Of a DNA stretch of 64,000 bases, positions 39,907 to 49,392 are shown one piece after another. Source of the stretch: an uncultured Hyphomicrobiaceae bacterium (GTDB lineage: Bacteria > Pseudomonadota > Alphaproteobacteria > Rhizobiales > CAYWUX01); contig CAYWUX010000004.1 in the NCBI GenBank assembly GCA_964461525.1, positions 42,488 through 106,487 on the forward strand, given 5' to 3'. Made by a program: the position numbers and the translations under genes. Under the pieces are notes generated by a model. The model searched no databases. It was not told the DNA's origin and worked only from the letters and a program-made list of their open reading frames with translations. Each line of letters begins with the position of its first letter. Positions within the stretch are counted from its first letter, which is position 1.

Positions 39907-40422
39907 TCAGTAAATTTTTTTCGAAGCAAAACACAATCTCATGGACTTACATCTTTGCGCGCCGGAAGCATGTACGCCATCTCCCCTGGCAGGCCGGATG
40001 AAATCGCATATTTGCTTTAAACCCTTTTCACTCAACCAACCTTGTCTGCGTCCACGTTGAACGGCAAAACAGTCTGCGGTCTGTTCACTGGGACCTCTGA
40101 ACTGATGGGCACATTCATGAGCATATATCCACCACTGAACAGCTACTGGCAACTTATCCATTCGCTTCATATTCAGAATAAGAAATCCGGGATAGGCTCC
40201 TCCATAATCGCCAAAAGACGAATCGAGAATCGTCGGTCGTCTTCCGCAGATCATTCGCTTCCCTCTTATTCGCAGTTTGCCCGCAGGAACGAGTTTCGCG
40301 TCCCCGCCCACTGATGCGATATATTCTTCGGCAGTAGGTGGAGCAGCCATTGCCTTAAGTGCACCCCAAACGGGCTCCAACAGCGCCAGCCCAAATAAAA
40401 TTGTCATTGTTCTAACAACCAT
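39907..40422 (-). CDS. Secreted hypothetical protein with an HExxH motif
   Basis: Signal peptide (MTILFGLALLEPVWGALKAMA), an HECAH zinc-metallopeptidase-like motif, and several Cys. No family recognised. Confidence 0.45.
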   Translation of the reverse strand: MVVRTMTILFGLALLEPVWGALKAMAAPPTAEEYIASVGGDAKLVPAGKLRIRGKRMICGRRPTILDSSFGDYGGAYPGFLILNMKRMDKLPVAVQWWIYAHECAHQFRGPSEQTADCFAVQRGRRQGWLSEKGLKQICDFIRPARGDGVHASGAQRCKSMRLCFASKKIY

Positions 40423-40874
40423 CCCTGTCTTCCGTCATGAATTGCGGTTCTTAATTTTGTGATCACTATCGCACTTTGAAGCAGTCGGCGGGATTGGTAA
40501 CACAACATTTGGTGTCGACGAAGCCATAAACGGGAGTTGGTACAAAAATGTGAGATAACTCGTTAATGTGAAAAAAAATCGGGATCAGATAAAATCCGGC
40601 CCGGAATCTGTAAGCATCTGATATTATGGGCAAATTAGTCGCGCGAATCGGCATCTAAAAATGTTGATAGATTAAGTTTTGTCGCCGCCGCCATACCGCG
40701 AATCTACCGGGTGCTTTGCAAAAATTTGAACCTTTCAATTCTACCGCGATACCCGATGAACACAGTATGAACCGTGAATTCAGAATTTGGTCAGTTCCGC
40801 TGCATTAAGTTACCGTCAAATCGGGTCCGGTCGGCAAGCCCGATCATTCAGATATCACACACCGGGAGTTCGCC

Positions 40875-41270
40875 ATGTTAAATTCTTTGAATTCAAACCC
40901 AGTCATTTTTGCAAACTCGTATTTGAAAACCGTGACGACAGGATTTTTGGGTCTAGTGGTTCTGTGTACTGCAAATCTGGCATCAGCTCAGGCACATCCA
41001 AAATACACTGTCTGCAAAAAACGCGTTGGCGTGACCGTAAGTTTACCCGGTCGTTCTCCATTTCTGGTCAGTCGATATTTGGCACGTCAAAAAGCCGTGA
41101 GCGAATGGCGAAAAAAAACCCGTAACCGTTATGGAAATGCTTATGCGAGATGGCGGTTCGCGCGGGCAAAATTTAACGATGCAGAAGGTGGCATTGGGAC
41201 CATCTATTATACTGTGAGTGCCAATCCTTGTCGGTCAGACACCGTCAAAATTGCACATCATCACCACTAA
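40875..41270 (+). CDS. Secreted hypothetical small protein ending in HHHH
   Basis: Signal peptide ending ASAQA, a basic mature region, and the C-terminus KIAHHHH. Confidence 0.4.
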   Translation: MLNSLNSNPVIFANSYLKTVTTGFLGLVVLCTANLASAQAHPKYTVCKKRVGVTVSLPGRSPFLVSRYLARQKAVSEWRKKTRNRYGNAYARWRFARAKFNDAEGGIGTIYYTVSANPCRSDTVKIAHHHH

Positions 41271-41341
41271 TTTTCAGAGTTCAGTGGAATGCAGGAAGTC
41301 GTGCGGAGTTCTGTTCCTTTGAAAACCATGAGAGGCCGACG

Positions 41342-42028
41342 TTATTTAAGGTCCTCATACCGGCAGAATTCCACCATCGCCCGTATCAGCAAAAATATTC
41401 CCAGCGCATTTAAACCGTGCCACAGAAAATGAATCCCTGTTACTGTCTCGTTGCAAAATTGAGGGGATCGATCAATTGTTCTGAATATTATGGATGGAAT
41501 AAAGACCAACGCTCCCGACAGGGAGTACCACGCTCCAGGTAGCCTTTGCCACACCAGATAGAGACCGATGATATTGACAGCCACAATTGGAGGAACATAA
41601 AGCAGTGATCCATTGAGCAGAGGAGGCAGCGAAAACATTATTGCAACTATGCAGGCCGCACCCAAAACCGACAAAAAGATACTCGCCCTGAAATACCAGT
41701 TAAAAGCCAGGCAGAGATAAAATAAAATCAGAATACCTATAGGTATGATGTCTGTCAGTGCCGACCACACAGTTGCTAAAGTATGGAACAGAAAACTGCC
41801 CGTCCCAACAATCACCGTCAGCAAGATCAGGCCGTTGACAGCAATCCGTCCGAATTGTATATCGGCGGATTTCATGGCCTCCCGACTGAAATATGCCGCA
41901 ACTAGAAATAAAATATTCGAAAAAGCATTGAATGGCTCGGCCCAGAAAGCCGGATTGCCTGCGCGCTCGCAATAGCAACTTATTTGATCCGTTAGTTCCA
42001 GCCCCGGTGCACTGCAGAAATTTATCAC
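41342..42028 (-). CDS. Ceramidase-like integral membrane protein
   Basis: YCERAGNPAFWAEPFNAFSNILF at the N-terminus and 6-7 TM helices. Resembles the ceramidase (PF05875-like) family from memory. Confidence 0.45.
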   Translation of the reverse strand: MINFCSAPGLELTDQISCYCERAGNPAFWAEPFNAFSNILFLVAAYFSREAMKSADIQFGRIAVNGLILLTVIVGTGSFLFHTLATVWSALTDIIPIGILILFYLCLAFNWYFRASIFLSVLGAACIVAIMFSLPPLLNGSLLYVPPIVAVNIIGLYLVWQRLPGAWYSLSGALVFIPSIIFRTIDRSPQFCNETVTGIHFLWHGLNALGIFLLIRAMVEFCRYEDLK

Positions 42029-42214
42029 CTTGGCACCTTCCTTCAGCTTGGAAATTCATACTCTTGGATGTAATACCATTTGACCGATGGGTTTAGGTAA
42101 CACAAACCAATGGGAACTGCGCCGCACCTATCGTGATCCGCCCAGGGGGACGGATCACATAATTTTCTTATCGCTTTTTAAGTTTTGGCCTTCAAAAATT
42201 CTGCTATGGATCCT

Positions 42215-43123
42215 TCAGTTAGATTGTATTGTCGTGGTCTCACTGCCTACTGTTTTTACAACACTGGACATGGGTCGACCGCCGGCGTTAGCAATACGGC
42301 CTTTAAATTCCTTTTTGACCATCGCTTCAAATTCCGGAAGACTTTTAGCAGACTCTTTCGATTTCAGATGTACGATCTTAAACCCGTTCTCTTTCAGCGC
42401 ATCCAGCAGTTCGGGCATAGCTTTGACGGTTACGGGCTGGATATCATGGAGAAGAACGATCCCCTTCTTCCGGTTCTTGAGCTTTTTAATGATAGAGGTA
42501 ATGAGTCGGTTGTGGTTTTTTATCTTGAAATCGAATGAATCCAGATCGGTTGAAAATATCGCGATATTTCTTTCCGCCATATATTTTACAAGGGACTCAG
42601 AATCCTTCAGGAAAGGAAACCGGAAAAAGGGAGACTGCTTCTCTCCAACCGCCAGAGTTACCGCACTTAAGCCCCGTTCGATCTCGCTTTTGGCGTCCTC
42701 TCTCTTCTTTCTGGAAAGATTCCTGTGCGACCAGGTGTGACTGCCGATAGTGTGTCCCGCTTGGGCAATCTGTTTCAGGAGTTCAGGATATCCAACCGCA
42801 AGTTTTCCGACTGGAAAAAATGTCGCTTTCGTACAATGATGGGCAAGCGCGTCAAGAATTCTATTAGTCCGGTTAGGAAGTGGACCATCATCGAACGTGA
42901 GAACAACTTCACCATCTTGCAAAAAGTCAAATGATTTATAATGTTGAAATCCGAAACCTGGGCCGGATGTCGTATCGATTTCCACGGTCCGCGATACGCC
43001 CAGAGCCTTGTCATTGCCAGGACAGGACGCCGTTTCGGCACTGACTTCGCGAACCGTAAAATTGATCAACAAACACGAAACCAGAACTATACAGGTAAAA
43101 TATCTTGAGGCCCTCATTATCAA
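42215..43123 (-). CDS. Polysaccharide deacetylase (NodB homology domain) family protein
   Basis: Signal peptide. Motifs LTFDDGP, ATFF.VG, HTWSH and LLHD. Confidence 0.85.
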   Translation of the reverse strand: MIMRASRYFTCIVLVSCLLINFTVREVSAETASCPGNDKALGVSRTVEIDTTSGPGFGFQHYKSFDFLQDGEVVLTFDDGPLPNRTNRILDALAHHCTKATFFPVGKLAVGYPELLKQIAQAGHTIGSHTWSHRNLSRKKREDAKSEIERGLSAVTLAVGEKQSPFFRFPFLKDSESLVKYMAERNIAIFSTDLDSFDFKIKNHNRLITSIIKKLKNRKKGIVLLHDIQPVTVKAMPELLDALKENGFKIVHLKSKESAKSLPEFEAMVKKEFKGRIANAGGRPMSSVVKTVGSETTTIQSN

Positions 43124-43342
43124 ACTCCTCCTTTTGACCGTTAATTAACGGAGTCAATGGATTATCTTGTGCTCAACCCTGTGCATTTCGCAAGATAATC
43201 ATAAAATAATCGAAATTTTTTACATGAGTGTATTAAGCAAGCCTCATACCAAGTTTTTGACAACGGCCCATGAGAACCAAGAGAAATCATGATTATTAAG
43301 ATAAATTTTCAGCATAACCGCAGATTTGGAAGAAAATTAACG

Positions 43343-44542
43343 ATGAACAGTCGAAGTTTGAGAGCCGCTGCGTTAACGATCGGCATGTGTGTGTGTTCCA
43401 CAGCAAATGCACAATCTTGCCAGAACACAGGATCCTTCAATGTCTGGTTGAAAGGTTTCAAAGACGAAGCCCGCTCACAAGGTATTTCGGCCCGAACAAT
43501 CAATGCAGCGCTGACGGGTGTCAGGTATGATCAGCGTATTGTCAATCGTGACAGACGTCAGAGCTTCTTTTCCCAGTCGTTTCTTGAGGTGTCCAGCCGC
43601 TTGATTTCCAAGCACCGGCTAGTTACCGGATCGAAGCACATGAAACAATATCGGCGCGTATTTGAAAGTGTGGAGAAAAGATTCGGTGTCCCGGCACCGG
43701 TTATTGCGGCTTTTTGGGCGCTCGAAAGCGATTTCGGCGTCAATATGGGTAAAGATAAAACACTTCAGTCATTGGCAACCCTGGCTTATGACTGTCGTCG
43801 GCCAGAACTGTTTCGGCCCGAACTGATGGCCGCGCTCAAAATAATCGACCGCGGTGATTTAAGCGCCAGTGAAATGATCGGTTCATGGGCGGGAGAGCTG
43901 GGACAGACCCAGTTTCTTCCCAGACATTACTTCAGTCACGCCGTCGATTTTGATGGTGACGGCCGAAGAAATCTTCTCAAAAGCGCGCCGGATATGATTG
44001 CTTCAACGGCTGCATATTTGCAGCATCTCGGTTGGCGAGCCAATGAACCCTGGTTACAGGAGGTTCGTGTACCTTCTGAAATGGGATGGGATCAGGCTGA
44101 TCTGGAAATCCAACATCCCCGCTCCAAATGGTCCAAGTGGGGTGTCAAGCAAGCAAATGGGAGACCCCTCAAATCTGATGCGCTCCCGGCATCTTTACTC
44201 TTGCCCATGGGACGGAAAGGGCCGGCCTTTCTCGCCTTTAATAACTTTCAGATCTATCTGCAATGGAACCACTCACTGGTCTACGCCACAACCGCTGCCT
44301 ATCTTGCCACTCGATATGACGGTGCAGGTCCCGTTCACGTAGGGAGCAAAAATGTAAAAACATTCGGATATGAGGACATCCAGGAACTTCAGCAGCGATT
44401 GACACGTATGGGGTACGATGTTGGCGGGATCGACGGAAAATTGGGACTTAAAACCCGTGCAAGCGTTAAGGCAGCCCAAATGAAATTTGGGCTCCCCGCT
44501 GATTCCTATCCGACACCCGAACTGATGAGCCGATTGCGTTGA
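43343..44542 (+). CDS. Lytic murein transglycosylase (MltB/SLT_2 family) with a C-terminal peptidoglycan-binding domain
   Basis: WALESDFG, GSWAGELGQTQFLP, and a C-terminal PG_binding_1-like LQQRL...GYDVGGIDG..G..TR..V. Internal ATG chosen for the signal peptide. Confidence 0.85.
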   Translation: MNSRSLRAAALTIGMCVCSTANAQSCQNTGSFNVWLKGFKDEARSQGISARTINAALTGVRYDQRIVNRDRRQSFFSQSFLEVSSRLISKHRLVTGSKHMKQYRRVFESVEKRFGVPAPVIAAFWALESDFGVNMGKDKTLQSLATLAYDCRRPELFRPELMAALKIIDRGDLSASEMIGSWAGELGQTQFLPRHYFSHAVDFDGDGRRNLLKSAPDMIASTAAYLQHLGWRANEPWLQEVRVPSEMGWDQADLEIQHPRSKWSKWGVKQANGRPLKSDALPASLLLPMGRKGPAFLAFNNFQIYLQWNHSLVYATTAAYLATRYDGAGPVHVGSKNVKTFGYEDIQELQQRLTRMGYDVGGIDGKLGLKTRASVKAAQMKFGLPADSYPTPELMSRLR

Positions 44543-44576
44543 TCACCGCACATGAAAGCCACGATTGATGCAGGGT

Positions 44577-45410
44577 TCAGTTTCCGGGCAGAACGTGAAT
44601 GGTCATTCTTGATGGCAGATTGGCGACATTCACAGATATGGAATTGCTTTCATCCATCTCAATCAGGAAGTCCGGTTTTGCCAGCTCCAGAAAATTGCCC
44701 AGCGTCCAGGGATCAAAATAGTGCATCGGAATGACCAGCCTTGGGCGCAGTTTTTTGACCACATCAAGGATTGCCTGATGATCCATGCTGCGCATGCGTA
44801 CCGGGACCAGGACGATGTCAAGATTGCCGATTAATCCCAAATGCTGCAACGTCAGCTCGTGGTGCAGATGCCCGAGATGGCCAATACAGAGACCCGCCAC
44901 TTCGAAAATGAATATTGAATTACCAAATAATTCCGTTTCACCGGCCCAGTTCCAGATATCAGTTGGTACATTCCGAATTCGAACATCACCGACTTCGAGA
45001 TTGTGCTCGGCCTGTCCTCCGCCGGGTTTCCAACCGCGCAGCACATGGGGAATCCGCGGATCGGGATAGTCGGTATAGTGGGACTGGTGCGCGTGATTCA
45101 TAGTGGCGACATCGGGTATTATTTCGGAGCCCAGATAGCCGGTGAAATCTGTGGCAATCTTAATTCCTTCAGGAGATTCTATGAGAAAGGTCGAATGTCC
45201 CACATAAGTAAGCTGGACATCATCGCCTTTTTGCTGGACCATCGACCGCGATATTCGGATGACCGGAAATTGAGAATCGGCCACAGCGAGACAGCGGCTA
45301 TGACCCGGTGCCGAAATCACTGCTGGTGCATAAGCGCAATAGAATAACAGGCCCAAAAGACAACATTGAAGCCACTGAACATATTTTCGAAACCCGTTAA
45401 TCTCAGACAT
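44577..45410 (-). CDS. MBL-fold metallo-hydrolase, secreted
   Basis: Signal peptide. TYVGHSTFLIE and an HAHQSH metal motif. L-ascorbate-6-P lactonase / Zn-hydrolase-like fold. Confidence 0.65.
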   Translation of the reverse strand: MSEINGFRKYVQWLQCCLLGLLFYCAYAPAVISAPGHSRCLAVADSQFPVIRISRSMVQQKGDDVQLTYVGHSTFLIESPEGIKIATDFTGYLGSEIIPDVATMNHAHQSHYTDYPDPRIPHVLRGWKPGGGQAEHNLEVGDVRIRNVPTDIWNWAGETELFGNSIFIFEVAGLCIGHLGHLHHELTLQHLGLIGNLDIVLVPVRMRSMDHQAILDVVKKLRPRLVIPMHYFDPWTLGNFLELAKPDFLIEMDESNSISVNVANLPSRMTIHVLPGN

Positions 45411-45760
45411 TGCATTCTCCCTTGATGCAAACTGATCACGACGATAATTACAAACTGAATTTGCATCTTTGACAATTGTACCAAATAATTAAAACATTAC
45501 CTATTGCATCGTGAGGGGGCATTCGAGAATATTCGTCAACCCATGTTAATCGCATTGCAACTTTCATTGGCTTTGTCACTCGCATCTTTGGATCCGCCAG
45601 TTATTTATAAATCCAGTTCTTTTTAAATAATGTTGAATTTTTCCTCCGAACTGCTGGCAGTAAACAATCGACATTTGTTAGTGCATATCATTTCTTAATG
45701 ATTTTCCGCTAATCTCCCTGGTTTGATATACAACTGATAGGCTGGGGGCGTTCTGCTTAA

Positions 45761-46618
45761 ATGTTTGAAAAATTTTACGAAAACCAAATCAAAATTGCAC
45801 TGTTTTCCTTTGCTTTGTTAGCAGCAGTATTATTTGTCGAAGTTATCTTCACTGCAAGTAAGGATGTGTCAGCCGTCTATATCGGTAACAGCGACATGGA
45901 GATCGCCAAGATTTCCGAGTTTGTGATGAAAATCGCTAAATCTTCTGACCAGGAAGAAAACAGATTTCACATCGAGGCCCATGCAGGATCGCAACTGTCG
46001 CTGTCAGAACAAATGGGGCGAACGGAACCCAAAAATATACTGCCGAAAGGCAAATGGGATTATATTTTACTCCAGGAGCACGGCATTGAGATGCTGAACT
46101 CCGAAGGGATCACCCGGTTTTTTTCAACGGTCGACAATTATTCTAAAGTCACCAGACAGACGAAGTCAAAGCTGGTACTGGTTTCAACCTGGCCGGAACA
46201 GTTAGATCACCCCGTATATGGCTGGCAACAGGGAACCCATTATGCCCCTCCGGAATCTCCTGAATTCATGAATCAGCAGATCGAAGACGCCAACCGATAT
46301 GTCGCTGGCGCAAAAAGCTTGGACTTTATTCCCGTCGGCTCGGCTTGGGTAAAAGCCAGAGAAAACGTTCCCGATTACCCGCTTTACAATACAATACCTA
46401 ATCCGGAAAAAGGTATCAGCAGCCGGCCATCACTGCATGGCATCTATCTGACTGCACTGATGATTTATGATTACCTGTCCGAGGCCCCGCTGGCCTCGGT
46501 AACTTTCGTCCCGGAAGGTCTGAGCCGTGAGGATGTTGAAAATTTAAAACGCATTGCCGGCCTTGTGAGCACCGGTCAGAAAAAGTTAGCGAATTTCAAA
46601 TCGACTGAGTCCCGGTGA
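45761..46618 (+). CDS. Hypothetical protein, possibly SGNH/DUF4886-like
   Basis: N-terminal TM/signal anchor. KWDYILLQEHG is reminiscent of DUF4886. Weak call. Confidence 0.3.
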   Translation: MFEKFYENQIKIALFSFALLAAVLFVEVIFTASKDVSAVYIGNSDMEIAKISEFVMKIAKSSDQEENRFHIEAHAGSQLSLSEQMGRTEPKNILPKGKWDYILLQEHGIEMLNSEGITRFFSTVDNYSKVTRQTKSKLVLVSTWPEQLDHPVYGWQQGTHYAPPESPEFMNQQIEDANRYVAGAKSLDFIPVGSAWVKARENVPDYPLYNTIPNPEKGISSRPSLHGIYLTALMIYDYLSEAPLASVTFVPEGLSREDVENLKRIAGLVSTGQKKLANFKSTESR

Positions 46619-46702
46619 ATCCGAGCGACCCACACACAAACGGACCGGGAGCACCCGGAGTGAAGCTGGGTTAGGATACCTCGGCAAATACGGCAAAAAA
46701 AA

Positions 46703-46777
46703 TGGAGCGGGCGATGAGATTTGAACTCACGACCCTCACGTTGGCAACGTGATGCTCTACCCCTGAGCTACGCCCGC
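46703..46777 (-). tRNA. tRNA-Gly (anticodon GCC)
   Basis: The reverse complement GCGGGCGTAGCTCAGGGGTAGAGCATCACGTTGCCAACGTGAGGGTCGTGAGTTCAAATCTCATCGCCCGCTCCA folds as a cloverleaf. Elements are a 7-bp acceptor stem, anticodon loop TTGCCAA, the TTCAAAT T-loop and an encoded CCA. Confidence 0.93.
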
Positions 46778-46936
46778 TTATTGGAAGAGGGTCCCGGCCT
46801 GATGCCGGATGCGGATTTATTACGCAATCGACCGCGCATTGCAACAATTTCTTTCAGTGCAGTTGAAACACCTGCATGGTTATTTAGCCAAAATTGCTTT
46901 CAGCTATGAAAAAATTATTTGCAATTGTCATAATAA

Positions 46937-46960
46937 TCCTATAGTCCTATAAATAGAACT
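46937..46960. promoter_or_regulatory. Candidate GntR/HutC operator upstream of the regulator gene
   Basis: Tandem TCCTATAG/TCCTATAA overlaps the imperfect dyad AGTCCTATA.AATAGAACT (7 of 9 arm positions pair), about 40 nt before the GTG at 47002. Confidence 0.3.
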
Positions 46961-47001
46961 AATAAACTGTTTGATCCCGGATTGCTTGGGAGGTTGTTTG
47001 C

Positions 47002-47802
47002 GTGGCCGCCAATACTCAAAGTGCATTCAGGAATTCAAAGCCGGAAAGTCCGGCCCACAATACTGTCTACACCAAACAGGCAGGTTTCTCTGAAAAAAAC
47101 GGCACTCTTTACGTGCAGTTGGCCGGAATTTTGCGGCAGCGGATCCGGTCCGGTCAGTGGCAGCCCGGTACCCAGCTCCCGACACTCGACGATTTAAAGC
47201 ATGAATTTGGCGTTGCCCGGGTGACACTGCGTCAGGCCTTATCGGTCCTTGAATCCGAGGGACTGGTGTGGCGGCAACGTGGTCGCGGCACCTTCGTGTC
47301 TGAGCAGACTGAGGACAACTGGCTGAATATTGAATCGAACTGGGATCATCTGGTCCGCAGTCTGGAAGGCCGAAATCCCCGAATCATATCAGCCAGCAAT
47401 GATGCAATAGTACCAGGTCTCGATCAGATTCAGGCTGTTGCTTGTAAGTCTTATCGGCACATGCAACGTGTTCATGAATACCGGGGCAGGCCGTATGCCG
47501 TGATTGATATTTATCTTGATCAGGACCTTTATCAACTCGATAAAAAACATTTCGATCAGGAAATGGTCATTCCAAGACTGAAAAAGCTGAAGAATGTTGA
47601 AATTGCTGAAGCGTGGCAGACCATTACGATTGGCTCTGCAGACCAGGATGTCGCAACACATCTCGAAATCCCGATTGGTGCGCCCATCGGCGTTGTCCGG
47701 CGCATTATTACCGACACGGACGGCGCCGCAATTTACATCGGCGATTTGAACTATCGGGGAGACAGCGTGCGGCTCGATATTAAACTCACGAGGACTAGTT
47801 GA
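47002..47802 (+). CDS. GntR-family transcription regulator, HutC subfamily (UTRA effector domain)
   Basis: LYVQLAGILRQRI.SG.W..G..LPT...L..EFGVARVT.RQAL..L..EGL..R..GRGTFV, followed by a UTRA-like C-terminal domain. GTG start. Confidence 0.85.
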   Translation: MAANTQSAFRNSKPESPAHNTVYTKQAGFSEKNGTLYVQLAGILRQRIRSGQWQPGTQLPTLDDLKHEFGVARVTLRQALSVLESEGLVWRQRGRGTFVSEQTEDNWLNIESNWDHLVRSLEGRNPRIISASNDAIVPGLDQIQAVACKSYRHMQRVHEYRGRPYAVIDIYLDQDLYQLDKKHFDQEMVIPRLKKLKNVEIAEAWQTITIGSADQDVATHLEIPIGAPIGVVRRIITDTDGAAIYIGDLNYRGDSVRLDIKLTRTS

Positions 47803-47803
47803 A

Positions 47804-48643
47804 TTGGGCAGAACGGATCCCATTGACTCACCACCGGAAGGCCGCGACAACCAGGATATGCTCGCGGTTGAAGTGCATCGCGGAACAGAAGATGACAGCC
47901 GGTTCGATACCTTTTATGTTCCCATGAGCGAAAATCAGAGCGTGCTGGATGTCGTCACCCATATTCAGCGGTTTCTGGATCCGGGCCTCGCCTACCGATT
48001 TGCCTGTCGTGTTGGTGTGTGTGGTTCATGCGCCATGACAGTAAACGGGATACCCCGCTGGACCTGCCGAACACACGTCTCCAGGGTTTCCAGCAACGGG
48101 ACGCTCCGGATCGGACCCCTGAAGAATCTCCCTGTAATCCGGGATCTGGTAACGGACATGACCGATTTTTTTGAGAAATGGCAAAAGGCGCGGGGACGCT
48201 TTGTCGAACCATCGGATAGCGATACGGTTAGCGACAATTTGGGCAGTTCGACAACCGCCGCAAGTAACAAATCATTCCCGGTGCGGGGTGAAAACGGCCT
48301 GTACGTCATCCCGCCGGACGGCGCCGCACGGTCGGAGGCCAACGCTGCGATTGAATGCATAAATTGCGGTGTTTGTTATAGCGCCTGTGACGTTGTTCGC
48401 TGGCGTTCCGACTACTTTGGACCCGCCGCCCTGAATCGGGCCTGGGCAGCGCTTAATGATGAACGGGATGGCGACCACGAAGGTTTGCTGCGCATGATAT
48501 CCTCAAATGGCGGATGTCACAACTGCCATAGCCACCAGTCATGTGCAACCCATTGCCCCGTCGAACTCAATCCAACCCAATCAATCGCAGGTTTGAAGAA
48601 AGCCTCTGTAAAGGCGTCGTTTAGGGCCGGACGCCAGAAGTGA
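47804..48643 (+). CDS. Succinate dehydrogenase/fumarate reductase-type iron-sulfur subunit (divergent paralog)
   Basis: 2Fe-2S CRVGVCGSCAM...C, 4Fe-4S CINCGVCYSAC, third cluster CHNCHSHQSCATHCP. Start is uncertain (TTG 47804 or ATG 47858). Confidence 0.8.
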   Translation: MGRTDPIDSPPEGRDNQDMLAVEVHRGTEDDSRFDTFYVPMSENQSVLDVVTHIQRFLDPGLAYRFACRVGVCGSCAMTVNGIPRWTCRTHVSRVSSNGTLRIGPLKNLPVIRDLVTDMTDFFEKWQKARGRFVEPSDSDTVSDNLGSSTTAASNKSFPVRGENGLYVIPPDGAARSEANAAIECINCGVCYSACDVVRWRSDYFGPAALNRAWAALNDERDGDHEGLLRMISSNGGCHNCHSHQSCATHCPVELNPTQSIAGLKKASVKASFRAGRQK

Positions 48644-48683
48644 CTAGAAGGATCAAATCCATCGATAGTGGAGCAGCAGTGTA

Positions 48684-49013
48684 ATGAATATACGCTCTTA
48701 TTTGGTTCAAAGGATTTCCGCCATTGTCATGGTGCCCTTTGTCGTGACGCATCTGATCGTGATCATTCTTGCCGTTCAGAATGGATTGTCGGCAGAAGAA
48801 ATTCTGGGCCGGACTCGCGGCTCATTTGGCTGGGCAGTTTTTTATGGTGTATTTGTTCTGGCTGTTTCTGCGCATGCCGCAATTGGTGTTGAAACAGTGC
48901 TGACAGAATGGACAACCCTTCGGCAACGAAGTGCCACTCTTGTTGCTCACATATTCGGGTTTCTGTTGATCATTATTGGGCTCCGGGCCATTTTCGCGGT
49001 GATATCGCCATGA
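48684..49013 (+). CDS. SDH/FRD-type hydrophobic membrane anchor subunit
   Basis: 109 aa with three predicted TM helices and conserved-looking His residues (VVTHLIV, VSAHAAIG). Placed between the Fe-S and flavoprotein genes. Confidence 0.6.
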   Translation: MNIRSYLVQRISAIVMVPFVVTHLIVIILAVQNGLSAEEILGRTRGSFGWAVFYGVFVLAVSAHAAIGVETVLTEWTTLRQRSATLVAHIFGFLLIIIGLRAIFAVISP

Positions 49014-49369
49014 ATTACTCGACCCTGCGCAATAGTCCCTCACGATGGCACTGGGGTTTGGTTGCCGCAGTTGTTCATCGCCTTTCAGGTCTACTAATCG
49101 CCGTTTTTCTTCCCTTCCATTTTCTGTCACTCGGGCTGGCTTTTGAATCCGAAGCCTTCAGTGACTTCATCGCCTGGACGTCGAACCCTCTGGTAAAGAT
49201 ATCCGAATTTTTTCTGGTTGCCGCTCTCGCTGTTCATTTCGCCGGCGGATTAAGGATTCTTGCCCTTGAATTCCTGCAGTTCAGCAAGGCTCAGTCTTTT
49301 TTCATCTCCCTAAGTTTTGCGGTATCTATTGTCGTCGGACTGCTGTTTTTGTTGAGTGTGTTCAGCTAG
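49010..49369 (+). CDS. SDH/FRD-type cytochrome b-like membrane anchor subunit
   Basis: 119 aa starting at the ATGA overlap with the previous gene. Three TM helices and His in VVHRLSG and LAVHFAGG. Confidence 0.6.
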   Translation: MNYSTLRNSPSRWHWGLVAAVVHRLSGLLIAVFLPFHFLSLGLAFESEAFSDFIAWTSNPLVKISEFFLVAALAVHFAGGLRILALEFLQFSKAQSFFISLSFAVSIVVGLLFLLSVFS

Positions 49370-49392
49370 AGTATAACAAATTGGATTTGGTC

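Noticed and set aside
40466-41125. ORFs 40466-40654 (minus strand) and 40787-41125 (plus strand) in the region upstream of the HHHH-tailed protein gene.
   Set aside because: They have no motifs, poor start context and overlap with the better-supported 40875-41270 frame (signal peptide). Treated as non-coding or spurious.
46721-46909. 62-aa ORF overlapping the tRNA-Gly locus.
   Set aside because: Its 5' part is the antisense of a perfectly folding tRNA-Gly(GCC). There is no independent support.
45761-47002. tRNA-Gly as a possible genomic-island integration site.
   Set aside because: No integrase or recombinase gene, no duplicated tRNA 3' segment and no mobile-element gene were seen on either side. 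The flanking genes look like ordinary chromosomal content.
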